Assembly (NCBI RefSeq): GCF_000733935.1
Contig: NZ_JPON01000001.1
Location: 3,482,623 to 3,546,622 of the forward strand
Direction: 5' to 3'
From: Methylomarinum vadi
GTDB taxonomy: Bacteria > Pseudomonadota > Gammaproteobacteria > Methylococcales > Methylomonadaceae
Length of the DNA stretch: 64,000 bases
The translations under genes were made by a program, and so were the position numbers. Below are positions 1 to 8,885 of this stretch, in pieces. Under the pieces are notes generated by a model. It saw only the letters and a list, made by a program, of their open reading frames with translations, was not told the origin of the DNA and made no database searches. How positions within the stretch are numbered: position 1 is the stretch's first letter; every line of letters begins with the position of its first letter.

Positions 1-518
1 CCGAGTTTTGGAATGGGCAAATTCCTTGGGTTAGTCCTAAAGATATGAAAGTTGATGTAATTGAGGACGCTCAGGACCATATCTCGGAAGTAGCAATCGA
101 AAACTCTGCTACTCGACTTATCCCCATCAGCTCACTTCTGATAGTGGTGCGTGGAATGATCCTCGCTCATTCATTTCCGACAGCGATCAGTAGCGTTCCT
201 CTAGCTATTAATCAAGACATGAAAGCTGTTACGCCATTTCGGTCGGATTTGATCAATATGTTACTGCTGTTAACAAAAGGAATGAAATCAGAGATTCTTC
301 GACTTGTACAGCGTTCAACACATGGCACATGTAAGTTATTGACTGAAGAGCTTCTTGCATTACCTATTCCAATTCCTCCACTTGACGAACAACACCGCAT
401 CGTCGCCAAAGTCGATGAACTGATGGCGCTGTGCGATCAGTTACAAACCCAAATCAACAAAGGTCAAACCACTCAAATCCATTTGGCCGACGCCATTGTC
501 GAACAAGCGATAGCCTAG
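1..518 (+). CDS. hsdS: Type I restriction-modification specificity subunit HsdS, C-terminal part (gene starts upstream of the window)
   Basis: The frame is open from nt 3. The motif FWNGQIPWVSPKDM is typical of HsdS target-recognition domain borders. The C-terminal conserved helix LPIPIPPLDEQHRIVAKVDELMALCDQLQ is the HsdS distal conserved region. Confidence 0.75.
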   Translation, partial: EFWNGQIPWVSPKDMKVDVIEDAQDHISEVAIENSATRLIPISSLLIVVRGMILAHSFPTAISSVPLAINQDMKAVTPFRSDLINMLLLLTKGMKSEILRLVQRSTHGTCKLLTEELLALPIPIPPLDEQHRIVAKVDELMALCDQLQTQINKGQTTQIHLADAIVEQAIA

Positions 519-543
519 TTGGTTTCATACGTCATACTCGCAT

Positions 544-690
544 CACTGCCATTAAGTTAAGTCGTCATGTCGGCAGGGATTGCCGACATCCAGACTACAA
601 GGATGTATTCAGTGCCAGCCATCCCTGGTTTCTGGATTCCGGCAATCCATGCCGGAATGACGGTCAGGTTAGTGTGGACGGTTTTTTTCA
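544..690. repeat. Degenerate second copy of the MITE-like element (same 17-bp left end cactgccattaagttaa, related internal sequence, right end not recognisable)
   Basis: Shares its left terminus and internal cggcagggattgccg / cggcaatcc-tgccg palindromic blocks with the element at 1456..1599. Confidence 0.4.
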
Positions 691-707
691 TAGAATAGAA
701 TAATGAT

Positions 708-1472
708 ATGTTCGGTTTATCTGACATAAATGCTGTCTTATCCATTTGGGATCGAATCAAAAAAGGGACGGCTGATGATCAAGCGATACAGGCTTCAGAC
801 ACGGTCGCCAGCCGCTTTGTCCGTCTGTTTGAAAAACACGACATCCACCGCAACCAGATTCCGCGCTTTTTCGGTCACGGCTTGACCCTGGATTCCGTTT
901 CCAGCAATGAAAAACTAATCGCGCAATTAAGCCCTGAAATTTTGCACGCGGCGGCGGAACTATTCGCCATTCGCCTGGAATGGTTGGAAGGGGCCGACGA
1001 TCAGCTTTATGACACGCAAAATTTTTACAAGTATCCTGAAGGTTATGGCGAGTTCTTAAAAGAATTGAAATCCAAGGGCGATCACCGGCTAATGATCAAG
1101 CTGGTATTAACCGATTACGGTTATCGTGATGAAAATGCGCTGTTAGTGATCGAGGAAGAAATCGCTAACCTGGGTGATGAGACCATCGTTCGCTATTACC
1201 TCTGCAGTGGTTGGTCGCATAAATACTATAAATGCCGTGCAGACCTCGCCGCTTGCATTGCTATGACCTTAAATCAACAGGGTGGTATTCGAAGTACCTG
1301 GAAACAAGGCCCGATTAACACCTTTTGCGAAGGCAAGGGCTTTATCAGCGATCTTTATTCTTTGCCCTATGCCTGCCGGCGGGACTGGTTACTGCGTAAA
1401 CGCTATGCCAAAGCCGGCTGGCATCCGGAGCACTGGATCTATGATCCCGAAGCCTCACTGCCATTAAGTTAA
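708..1472 (+). CDS. Hypothetical protein, C-terminally truncated by MITE insertion; the stop codon lies inside the MITE TIR and the displaced original 3' end continues at 1600..1744
   Basis: ORF ends YDPEA-SLPLS*. Removing the MITE restores YDPEA-YLDGVDEGDWGKKCALQRWLHYFDKGFLETGCHYRKNAYDDFRQ* in frame. Confidence 0.5.
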   Translation: MFGLSDINAVLSIWDRIKKGTADDQAIQASDTVASRFVRLFEKHDIHRNQIPRFFGHGLTLDSVSSNEKLIAQLSPEILHAAAELFAIRLEWLEGADDQLYDTQNFYKYPEGYGEFLKELKSKGDHRLMIKLVLTDYGYRDENALLVIEEEIANLGDETIVRYYLCSGWSHKYYKCRADLAACIAMTLNQQGGIRSTWKQGPINTFCEGKGFISDLYSLPYACRRDWLLRKRYAKAGWHPEHWIYDPEASLPLS

Positions 1473-1599
1473 CGAAAAGTTTGTCATTCCGGCAGGGAAT
1501 GCCGGAATCCAGTTGCCAAGGATGGCAAGCCGAATCACGTCCCTGTATCCTGGATATCGGCAATCCCTGCCGATATGACGGCTTAACTTAATGGCAGTG
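1456..1599. mobile_element. MITE-like non-autonomous element, 144 bp, with perfect 17-bp terminal inverted repeats (cactgccattaagttaa / ttaacttaatggcagtg) and flanking 11-bp direct duplication tcccgaagcct
   Basis: TIRs and TSD read directly; internal long inverted repeat (ccggcagggaatgccgg ... cggcaatccctgccg) predicts a hairpin. Confidence 0.6.
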
Positions 1600-1814
1600 T
1601 CCCGAAGCCTACCTGGATGGCGTCGATGAAGGCGACTGGGGCAAAAAATGCGCACTGCAAAGATGGTTGCACTATTTCGACAAAGGCTTCCTGGAAACCG
1701 GTTGTCACTATCGTAAAAATGCTTATGACGACTTTAGGCAATGACTACTAAAGTACAAATAATGGGATTAACGCAAGAACATTTTATATTTATGAAAATT
1801 TCACGAGGATATAT

Positions 1815-4022
1815 ATGAATGCTTTAACAGAAGGAACTGGCTCAAAAGTCTGTTGGTTCGTTGGCGCCAGTTATGGCGGTACTAAAGATCAAACCGATCG
1901 CTTTGTTGATAAGGGTGTTTGGGAAAATGGTTATGGCAACAAGTACCTCGATCTGGTGCAAAGCATCAAGCCGGGTGAACGAATCGCTATAAAGTCAACT
2001 TATACCCGTAAGCATAATTTGCCGTTTGATAACCGTGGCCATGTGGCGTCTGTGATGGCCATTAAGGCGATAGGTATTGTCACCAAGAATCATGGTGATG
2101 GCAGAGTTGTTGAGGTTGACTGGACAAAATTCGAGGAACCACGGGAATGGTATTTTTATACCTATAGAAGCACGGTTTGGCGAGTATTGCCTGATGATTG
2201 GTGCGCCGCTGGTTTGATCAGCTTTACCTTTGATGGGCAGCCGCAAGATATCGACCGGTTTAGGAATGATCCGTATTGGTACGAGCGCTTTGGCGATGCG
2301 CCTGATGAGAAAAAGCGCTTTCTGTGGACCAAGTTTTATATGGAAGTGGCCGATAAGTTATTGGATTATCGTGACCGAAGATCAGAATTGGTAGCGGCGT
2401 TAAGGAAAATTGCCGGGCGGGTAGAAGGATTAACAAATTTGCATGATCGTTATAAAAATGGAAATGTCGCTTCTTTACAAGATATTTGTCCATTCACTAC
2501 GATGGGGATTTTCAATAGAGGGATCACCGAAGCCAACCGTAAGGTCATTGCCAGCGAGTTGGCGAAATTTCTAAAAGTGGAAGAGCCTGTGCCAGAGAGT
2601 TTTGAAGGTATTCCTGTCCTCAATAATCTGAAATCCTGGTTCTTTGGTTTTGAAAAGAACCGGGAGCCGGATGACATTGATTCGCTATGGAGAATTTTTG
2701 CAGAGGCTTTAAGGTTTAGCGATTCAGAACACAGCGGTGATGGGTCAGCATTTATCGACGCTTACGATAATGTGACTGATAGATATGGCATTGGCTCAAA
2801 TATTACCATGGGGCTTTATTGGATTCGGCCATGGAGCTTCCCAACCCTCGATAGTCGCTCAAAAAACTATATTGAAAAAAACCTGGGCATAAAAATCGAT
2901 TTGAATGGACCAAAGGGAAATTGTAATGCCTTGGACTATTTATCGTTATTAAATAAATTGGAAGTCCATTTTCAAGAGCCCACTTATCCCGTCCATTCGT
3001 TCCCTGAATTGTCTTTGGCTGCTTGGTCATATCAGGACGCTGAAAAACTCGATGAAAAGCAGGAGGATCTCCCGGATCAAATCAATGAGTCTGACAATAT
3101 AGCCGATTATGAGCCTGTTCCCGTTGTCGTTGAGCCTTACGGTATTGATGACATTTTATCCGATGGTTGTTTCCTTGAAAGGTTACAACTTGAAACAATT
3201 CTGGAGCGGTTAAGAACGAAAAAGAACTTGGTTCTCCAAGGACCGCCTGGTACCGGGAAAACCTGGCTGGCAAAGCGCTTGGCCTATGCTTTGATGACTC
3301 AGAAAAATGTTGGAAACAGACTTCGTGTCGTGCAGTTTCATCCCAATTTATGCTATGAGGATTTTGTTCGGGGTTGGCGCCCCTCGGGCGAAGGTCGTTT
3401 GTCTTTGATCGACGGACCGTTTATGGAAATGGTTCAAGCTGCAGCAAAAGCCCCCAAAGTTAAACACGTTATCGTGATCGAGGAAATCAACCGCGGCAAT
3501 CCTGCGCAAATATTCGGTGAGATGCTTACTTTGTTGGAAGCGGATAAACGTACACCAACCGAAGGCCTGGAATTGTGCTATCGCAGGGAGGATGATGAGC
3601 GCGTTTTTGTACCCGATAATTTATATGTTATCGGCACGATGAATATTGCCGACCGCTCGCTTGCCTTGGTCGATTTAGCGTTAAGACGACGTTTTGCATT
3701 CGTGGATTTGCAGCCAACCCTCGGTCAGCCTTGGCGCGAATGGGTGCATCAGAAATTTGCGATAGCCCTTGAAGTCTTGGACGAAATTGAAAGCCGTATG
3801 GCGGCTTTGAACGAAGACATCGCCAGCGATGCCAGTTTGGGTAAGCAATTTCAAGTGGGGCACAGTTATGTAACGCCGCCAACCGGGGCGAGAATCAATG
3901 ATGCGCGGGAATGGTTTAAACAGATTGTACAGACTGAAATCGGACCTTTACTGGAGGAATATTGGTTCGATGCGAACGATAAGGCGGATAACGCCAAGCA
4001 GCGTTTGTTGGACGGTTTTTAG
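1815..4022 (+). CDS. mcrB: McrB-family AAA+ GTPase subunit of a McrBC modification-dependent restriction system. The N-terminal ~150 aa is a PUA-like (EVE/ASCH-type) putative modified-base reader, followed by ~300 aa of unassigned sequence.
   Basis: GTPase motifs LVLQGPPGTGKTW, VVQFHPNLCYEDFVRGWRP, VIEEINRGNPAQIFGEMLTLLE, LYVIGTMNIADRSLALVDLALRRRFAF; N-terminus resembles the EVE beta-barrel (WFVGASYGG...IKPGERIAIKS...VASVMAIKAIGIVTK). Confidence 0.85.
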   Translation: MNALTEGTGSKVCWFVGASYGGTKDQTDRFVDKGVWENGYGNKYLDLVQSIKPGERIAIKSTYTRKHNLPFDNRGHVASVMAIKAIGIVTKNHGDGRVVEVDWTKFEEPREWYFYTYRSTVWRVLPDDWCAAGLISFTFDGQPQDIDRFRNDPYWYERFGDAPDEKKRFLWTKFYMEVADKLLDYRDRRSELVAALRKIAGRVEGLTNLHDRYKNGNVASLQDICPFTTMGIFNRGITEANRKVIASELAKFLKVEEPVPESFEGIPVLNNLKSWFFGFEKNREPDDIDSLWRIFAEALRFSDSEHSGDGSAFIDAYDNVTDRYGIGSNITMGLYWIRPWSFPTLDSRSKNYIEKNLGIKIDLNGPKGNCNALDYLSLLNKLEVHFQEPTYPVHSFPELSLAAWSYQDAEKLDEKQEDLPDQINESDNIADYEPVPVVVEPYGIDDILSDGCFLERLQLETILERLRTKKNLVLQGPPGTGKTWLAKRLAYALMTQKNVGNRLRVVQFHPNLCYEDFVRGWRPSGEGRLSLIDGPFMEMVQAAAKAPKVKHVIVIEEINRGNPAQIFGEMLTLLEADKRTPTEGLELCYRREDDERVFVPDNLYVIGTMNIADRSLALVDLALRRRFAFVDLQPTLGQPWREWVHQKFAIALEVLDEIESRMAALNEDIASDASLGKQFQVGHSYVTPPTGARINDAREWFKQIVQTEIGPLLEEYWFDANDKADNAKQRLLDGF

Positions 4023-4024
4023 CA

Positions 4025-5143
4025 GTGGTTGCCGTGCCTTCACAAGCTATTCAGGGTGATGAATATTCTGGCGGCTATATCGGAAGAATTCCGGTCAGAA
4101 ATCTGTGGTTGCTGATGTTTTATGCCTCTGACTTGTTTAAGCATCAAGGCGCCGGAAAAATTGAGTTGAAGGATGCGCCCGATGATATTCCTGATTTAGT
4201 CGCGGAGTTATTGATTCGGATCGTTGAAAGACGATTGATGCGCAACTTGAGCTTTGGCTATCGAAATAGGCAAGAAGATCTAAGTCGAGTAAGGGGGCGT
4301 ATTGACCATTTCAGGACAGAACGGCAACAGTTGCTTTTACGGGGAAGGGTGGCCTGTCAATTTGAAGAGTTAACCGTTAATACCCCACGAAACCGATATG
4401 TCCGTGCTGCATTAAACGTTCTGTCGGGGTTGGTGACGCGTCAAGTTCTTGCGCATAAGTGTAGGGCTTTAGCAGGCAATTTATTCCAGATGGGCGTAAC
4501 TGGTGAGAAGCCGAGTCGTGTGCAGGTTTCCACCGATCGATTTGGACGGCATGACAGCGATGACCAGCAAATGGTCGCTGCGGCTCATTTGGCGTTTGAA
4601 TTGGCTTTGCCGACTGAACAGAGTGGAACAAGCCATTTGACGTTACCCGATAAAGAAATTGCTTGGGTAAGGCGTTTGTTTGAAAAGGCTGTCGCCGGGT
4701 TTTATGACGTGGTGTTATCCGAAGCAGGCTGGCGAGTGGATGCGGGTAAGAAGATCAACTGGCAGATCGAGGCAAAGACCGACGGCATAGACCGAATCTT
4801 GCCGTCGATGGTGACCGATATCCAGCTTGAACACAAAGGCACGTCTCAACGGATTGTTATCGATACCAAGTTCAATGCGATAGTTACTTCCGGTTGGTAC
4901 AGGGCGGAAATATTGCGTAGCGGCTATCTTTACCAGGTCTATACCTATCTGAGATCCCAAGAGCGGAGCTGCGATCCAATGTCATTAAATGCATCAGGAA
5001 TTTTGTTACACCCTGCAATTGATAAAATGGCTGATGAATCAGTCGTCATTCAAGGGCATAAGATCCGTTTCGCGACGGTTGATTTAAGTCAGTCGACTCA
5101 CGAGATTCGGGAGCGTTTGTTACAAATTATCGATAGTAAATGA
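4025..5143 (+). CDS. mcrC: McrC nuclease subunit (PD-(D/E)xK) of McrBC, GTG start, translationally coupled to mcrB
   Basis: Lies immediately downstream of mcrB and matches McrC in size; IVIDTKFN matches the McrC D-x-K catalytic block. Confidence 0.8.
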   Translation: MVAVPSQAIQGDEYSGGYIGRIPVRNLWLLMFYASDLFKHQGAGKIELKDAPDDIPDLVAELLIRIVERRLMRNLSFGYRNRQEDLSRVRGRIDHFRTERQQLLLRGRVACQFEELTVNTPRNRYVRAALNVLSGLVTRQVLAHKCRALAGNLFQMGVTGEKPSRVQVSTDRFGRHDSDDQQMVAAAHLAFELALPTEQSGTSHLTLPDKEIAWVRRLFEKAVAGFYDVVLSEAGWRVDAGKKINWQIEAKTDGIDRILPSMVTDIQLEHKGTSQRIVIDTKFNAIVTSGWYRAEILRSGYLYQVYTYLRSQERSCDPMSLNASGILLHPAIDKMADESVVIQGHKIRFATVDLSQSTHEIRERLLQIIDSK

Positions 5144-5316
5144 ATCCATTTCGAGGAAATTAGATGGCATTTAAGGTTACTGAAGATGCGCATAAGCACC
5201 AGCCAAAAGAGCGACTGAAAATCGAACAAAGTACCGGAGCGTTAGCTGATTTCATCGCAAGGAATAAAAGGAAATTTGATTGATCGATCAGTTGTCTTTT
5301 TTCACGGTTTGAAGTC

Positions 5317-6040
5317 ATGTTGGAAATAGTTGAAATCATAAAACCAGCCGATCAAGGACGAACAACTCCTTTTTTATGTAAGGCTTCAGATGATCAACTT
5401 TACTTCGTTAAAGGCTATGCTGCGGCGGTTTCCGGGTTGATTAAGGAATGGATGGGAGCGCATTTGGCACAGGGGTTGGTTTGCCGGTGCCTGGTTTTCA
5501 AATAGCTTATCTTGATCACAGTTTGGTCAACGCTTTTGGGGGAAAGGCGATCACTGAGCTCAAAGGGGGCTATGTTTTTGCCTCAAAGAAGGTCGCTTCG
5601 GTCACCGAGCTGAAATTCGAAACCATTAAAATGCTTTCTGATGATTTGAAAAAGATGTGTTGTTGTTCGATCTATGGACGGAAAATGAAGACCGGACGCT
5701 TTCCGAAAAAGGTGGAAATCCGAATTTGCTATGGAAAAGCGACACATCGGAGTTGTACGTTATCGATCATAATTTGATTTTTGACAGTCATTTCAATCAA
5801 TCCAATTTTTGGGACACGCATGTTTTTCTTCATGCTTTCGAGCAACAAGACGATATTGTAGAAAAATTGGCATTTGAAAATCGGATGAAAAAAGCACTTG
5901 CCTGTTGGCGAGCAGCGTGGGATAAAATGCCCGAAGAATGGGTCGAACTCAATGACGATTTGCAAGCGTTCGATCCTGATTTTCACCTGCAACGTCTAAA
6001 AAATGAAGCTCACGGAGATATTTGGTTAAAGCTGCCATGA
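5317..6040 (+). pseudogene. HipA-like (HipA_C fold) Ser/Thr kinase gene split over three reading frames (5317..5505, 5448..5777, 5657..6040), so two frameshifts
   Basis: LFDLWTENEDRTLSE...LYVIDHNLIFD aligns with the HipA_C catalytic block lfnlliGNtDaHlkN...LaPaYDl. Three consecutive overlapping ORFs run in three frames. Confidence 0.5.
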
Positions 6041-6846
6041 AAAAACAAGTGTGTAAGTACAGCATTATTCGCTTTCAGCCTTATGCTGAAACAGAAGAGT
6101 TCGCCAATATTGGCATCGTGCTGTATGCCACGGCTTCTAAGCGTCTTGAATTTAGACTGCTGGATAGCAAGCAACACGCAAGGATTACGCATTTTTTCGA
6201 TCCTTTGTGTAAAGATGTTTTTGTCCAAACTAATAAAGTCATACGTTGTGAAATTGAGCGGATTAAAAAATTTATGGACAACGCAACAGGCGAAGATATT
6301 GATTTGTATGCCGAGTTAGTTCGTTGTCGTGAAGATATTATTCGTTTTAGCGATAACCGAGTTTTATTCTGCAGTGACCCGGTAAAAACTGTTGATGAAT
6401 TATTTGAGCATTACGTGCATCGTAGCTTTCTTCATGAACCCAGTTATGAGGAAAAAATGAAAAAACAGATGCGCGATTTGCTTGATCGATATGATTTGGG
6501 AGCTAAATACAAAGAAGGCGCTGTCGGAGAACGTGATAAATATGAAGTTCGATTTCCTTTTGTCCGTCAAAATAAAAAGTTAAAGATCATTAAACCTATT
6601 CATTTCACACATGACAAACCCAGCCAGTTAATTGATCATGGTCTTACCTGGCTTGCAAAAGTTCAGCAGCTTGAAAGGCTTCGTTTTGTCAGGCCGGACG
6701 AAATTTTATTTGCTTATGATGGGCCAGAAAAAAGTGAGGGCAATTTGAGTGATGCTTTTTATGAAATCAAAGAGCAAATCGAGCGTGAAGGCATAACCAT
6801 GGCCGATATGGACAGTCAAAATGAGATTATAAGTTTTGCCAGATAA
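6022..6846 (+). CDS. DUF3037-family protein (true start probably Met at ~6037)
   Basis: N-terminal CKYSIIRFQPYAETEEFANIGIVLY matches the DUF3037 signature (YsvvRfvP..EfvNvGvvl). Confidence 0.55.
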   Translation: MVKAAMKKQVCKYSIIRFQPYAETEEFANIGIVLYATASKRLEFRLLDSKQHARITHFFDPLCKDVFVQTNKVIRCEIERIKKFMDNATGEDIDLYAELVRCREDIIRFSDNRVLFCSDPVKTVDELFEHYVHRSFLHEPSYEEKMKKQMRDLLDRYDLGAKYKEGAVGERDKYEVRFPFVRQNKKLKIIKPIHFTHDKPSQLIDHGLTWLAKVQQLERLRFVRPDEILFAYDGPEKSEGNLSDAFYEIKEQIEREGITMADMDSQNEIISFAR

Positions 6847-6910
6847 GCTGTAGAAATGATCATAGCTCCCGGTCAACTCGCTTTGTGTTTTACGATATTT
6901 GATCGATCCA

Positions 6911-7140
6911 TTAGTTATCAGCAAGTGCGTAGCCCAGTCCCTTATAACCAGTCAGGCGTTTGTCTCTCATCCGGTTTAGCATGGGCACATCATCCGCATA
7001 GTCATAAATGAGGACTTCGGTTTTGGCATGATGTAGCCGGTGTAGCCTTCCGACGTACTGGGCTAATGTGCCTTTCCAGGATACCGGTAAGACTAATAAC
7101 AAAGTATCCAGGCGAGCGTCATCAAATCCTTCGCCCAAGT
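6911..7140 (-). pseudogene. 3' fragment (C-terminal ~75 aa, helicase motif VI region) of the IS-disrupted AEP-primase/SF2-helicase gene
   Basis: GEGFDDARLDTLLLVLPVSWKGTLAQYVGRLHRLHH continues the helicase ORF, which ends ...ATGRYL at the other IS junction. Joining across the IS restores GRYLGEGFD. Confidence 0.7.
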
Positions 7141-8885
7141 GAGGCTGTCGTAAAAGCCCCCCAACCAGCTACATACGGTAAAATAACCCTATCCAAACCT
7201 ATTAGAAATAGATCAATGGCAGCCGAAGTAAACATTAGACCCGTCAGGACATTGTATAGCGCCAAGCAATATTCGCTATTCGATGAATGCGAGGTTGAAC
7301 CGTTACCTGAGTTGATCGCTCAATCGATCTCGAGCGAACCGATGGCCCATTTTGAAGCGCCCGACCCGCGCGGCTTATCGATCAACGGTAAACCGCTCGG
7401 CGAACATCTGGAGCACGCCGGCTTAACCATCCCGTTGAAATTGCGCCCCTTCCTGCAATCGCTATCCTTCGCCGAGTTCGAAGCCCGTTATCGGCCCGGC
7501 GGGCGTCCGCCGTATGCGCCACGTGCGATGGTGGGGATTATTCTCTACGGCCTGTTACAAGGCATCAGCAGCCTGCGCGACTTGGAGCGTTTAGCTCGAG
7601 CCGATGTGGGGTGTTGGTGGCTAAGTGGCGGTATCATGCCGGATCACTCAGTCATTGGCCGTTTCGTCCATCAGCATGCCGAATCATTGACGACCGAATT
7701 TTTCGATCAACTGGCGCGTCGTACTTTGAAAGTCACAGGCTCAGGCACGACGACGTTGGCGGGCGACGGTACCGTGATCGAAGCCATGTCCTCCCGGTTT
7801 CAATTGATGAAGGAAGAAGCGCTCAAGCAAGCCTTGGCGCAAGCGCAGGAAGCCGCGCAAGCCAAACCCGACGATGCAGCGGCAAGCAAGCGGTTGAACC
7901 TATTGGAACAAGCCCAAGCCGAGCTAAAGTCTCGCCAGCAAAAACAAGCCGCCAAAGGCAAAGATCCGGCCAAGACCCAAGTACAAAGCAACGAGCCGGA
8001 GGCGGTATTACAGCCGCAAAAGAACTCCAAAGACTTTCGCGGCAGTTATAAACCGTCGGTATTGGCGAACGACAATCGAGTGATCGTGGCTTGCGACGTT
8101 CATCCTTCCAGCGAAACCGAGGTGGTGCCGGGCTTACTGGATCGCGCCCAAGCCATGGGAGGCGTCGAAACAGCTCTGTTCGATGCTGGCTATTTCAGCA
8201 ATGGCGTCTTGGATACTGCTGAGCAACACAACATCGAATTGCTTTGTCCGGAAGGCCAAAGTGAAGGAGACGATTGGAACAAACAATCCAACAAACAAAT
8301 CCCCAAAAGCCGCTTTATTTATCAGGCCGACGACGACACCTATCGCTGTCCGGGGCAACAACGCTTGACTCGCCGTCACACCTGCAAAGGCGGTAAAAGT
8401 GGCCGCGCTTATACCGTCTACGCCTGCGATGCCTGTTCAGACTGCCCGCTGAAATCCCAATGCACGCGTAGCGAGAGTGGTCGCACCCTCAAACGCTATG
8501 ACAGCGATACACAAAAAGAAGCCCTGCGCCTGAAAATGGACCAGCCCGAACCTCGGCAACGCTATCGACAGCGGCAGGCCATGGTGGAGCCCGTCTTCAG
8601 TCAGCTACGCGGTCGCCAAGGTTTGAATCGCTTTCGCCGTAAAGGTTTGGCGGGTGTCAAAGTAGAGTTCGCCTTGCACGCCATGGCTTACAATCTGAGC
8701 CGCGCCTTAGTGGCAGCTCTTTTTCGTGCTTTATATCATTGGCTTAGCCGGTTTATGAGCTCGTTTGACCGAATGGTCGACATTTGGCTGAGTTACACTA
8801 CTGACTTGCCAACTTCGCCGACCGTGGAAAATACGGCCGGTTTCCAGTGGTAAATCAAAGAAATTGGGGTTTTACGACGCCCTCC
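7141..8885 (+). mobile_element. IS1182-family (IS5 superfamily) insertion sequence, copy 1, 1745 bp, imperfect ~20-bp TIRs (gaggctgtcgtaaaagcccc / ggggttttacgacgccctcc), 4-bp TSD AAGT
   Basis: Ends were defined by comparison with copy 2 at 40166..41910. The TSD aagt is read on both flanks. Confidence 0.8.
7216..8853 (+). CDS. IS1182-family DDE transposase (545 aa); the ORF-track start 7066 is an artefactual extension into the flank
   Basis: Has an InsH-like N-terminal domain (APRAMVGIILYGLLQGISSLRDLERLARADVGCWWLSGG) and a C-terminal zinc-ribbon (CPGQQ...CKGG...CDACSDCPLKSQC) before the last catalytic block. Copy 2 starts at the equivalent MAAE. Confidence 0.85.
   Translation: MAAEVNIRPVRTLYSAKQYSLFDECEVEPLPELIAQSISSEPMAHFEAPDPRGLSINGKPLGEHLEHAGLTIPLKLRPFLQSLSFAEFEARYRPGGRPPYAPRAMVGIILYGLLQGISSLRDLERLARADVGCWWLSGGIMPDHSVIGRFVHQHAESLTTEFFDQLARRTLKVTGSGTTTLAGDGTVIEAMSSRFQLMKEEALKQALAQAQEAAQAKPDDAAASKRLNLLEQAQAELKSRQQKQAAKGKDPAKTQVQSNEPEAVLQPQKNSKDFRGSYKPSVLANDNRVIVACDVHPSSETEVVPGLLDRAQAMGGVETALFDAGYFSNGVLDTAEQHNIELLCPEGQSEGDDWNKQSNKQIPKSRFIYQADDDTYRCPGQQRLTRRHTCKGGKSGRAYTVYACDACSDCPLKSQCTRSESGRTLKRYDSDTQKEALRLKMDQPEPRQRYRQRQAMVEPVFSQLRGRQGLNRFRRKGLAGVKVEFALHAMAYNLSRALVAALFRALYHWLSRFMSSFDRMVDIWLSYTTDLPTSPTVENTAGFQW

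Noticed and set aside
7066-7215. N-terminal 50-codon extension of the IS1182 transposase ORF in copy 1
   Set aside because: It runs across the IS left boundary into host DNA. Copy 2 starts at the equivalent MAAE, so this is an ORF-finder artefact.
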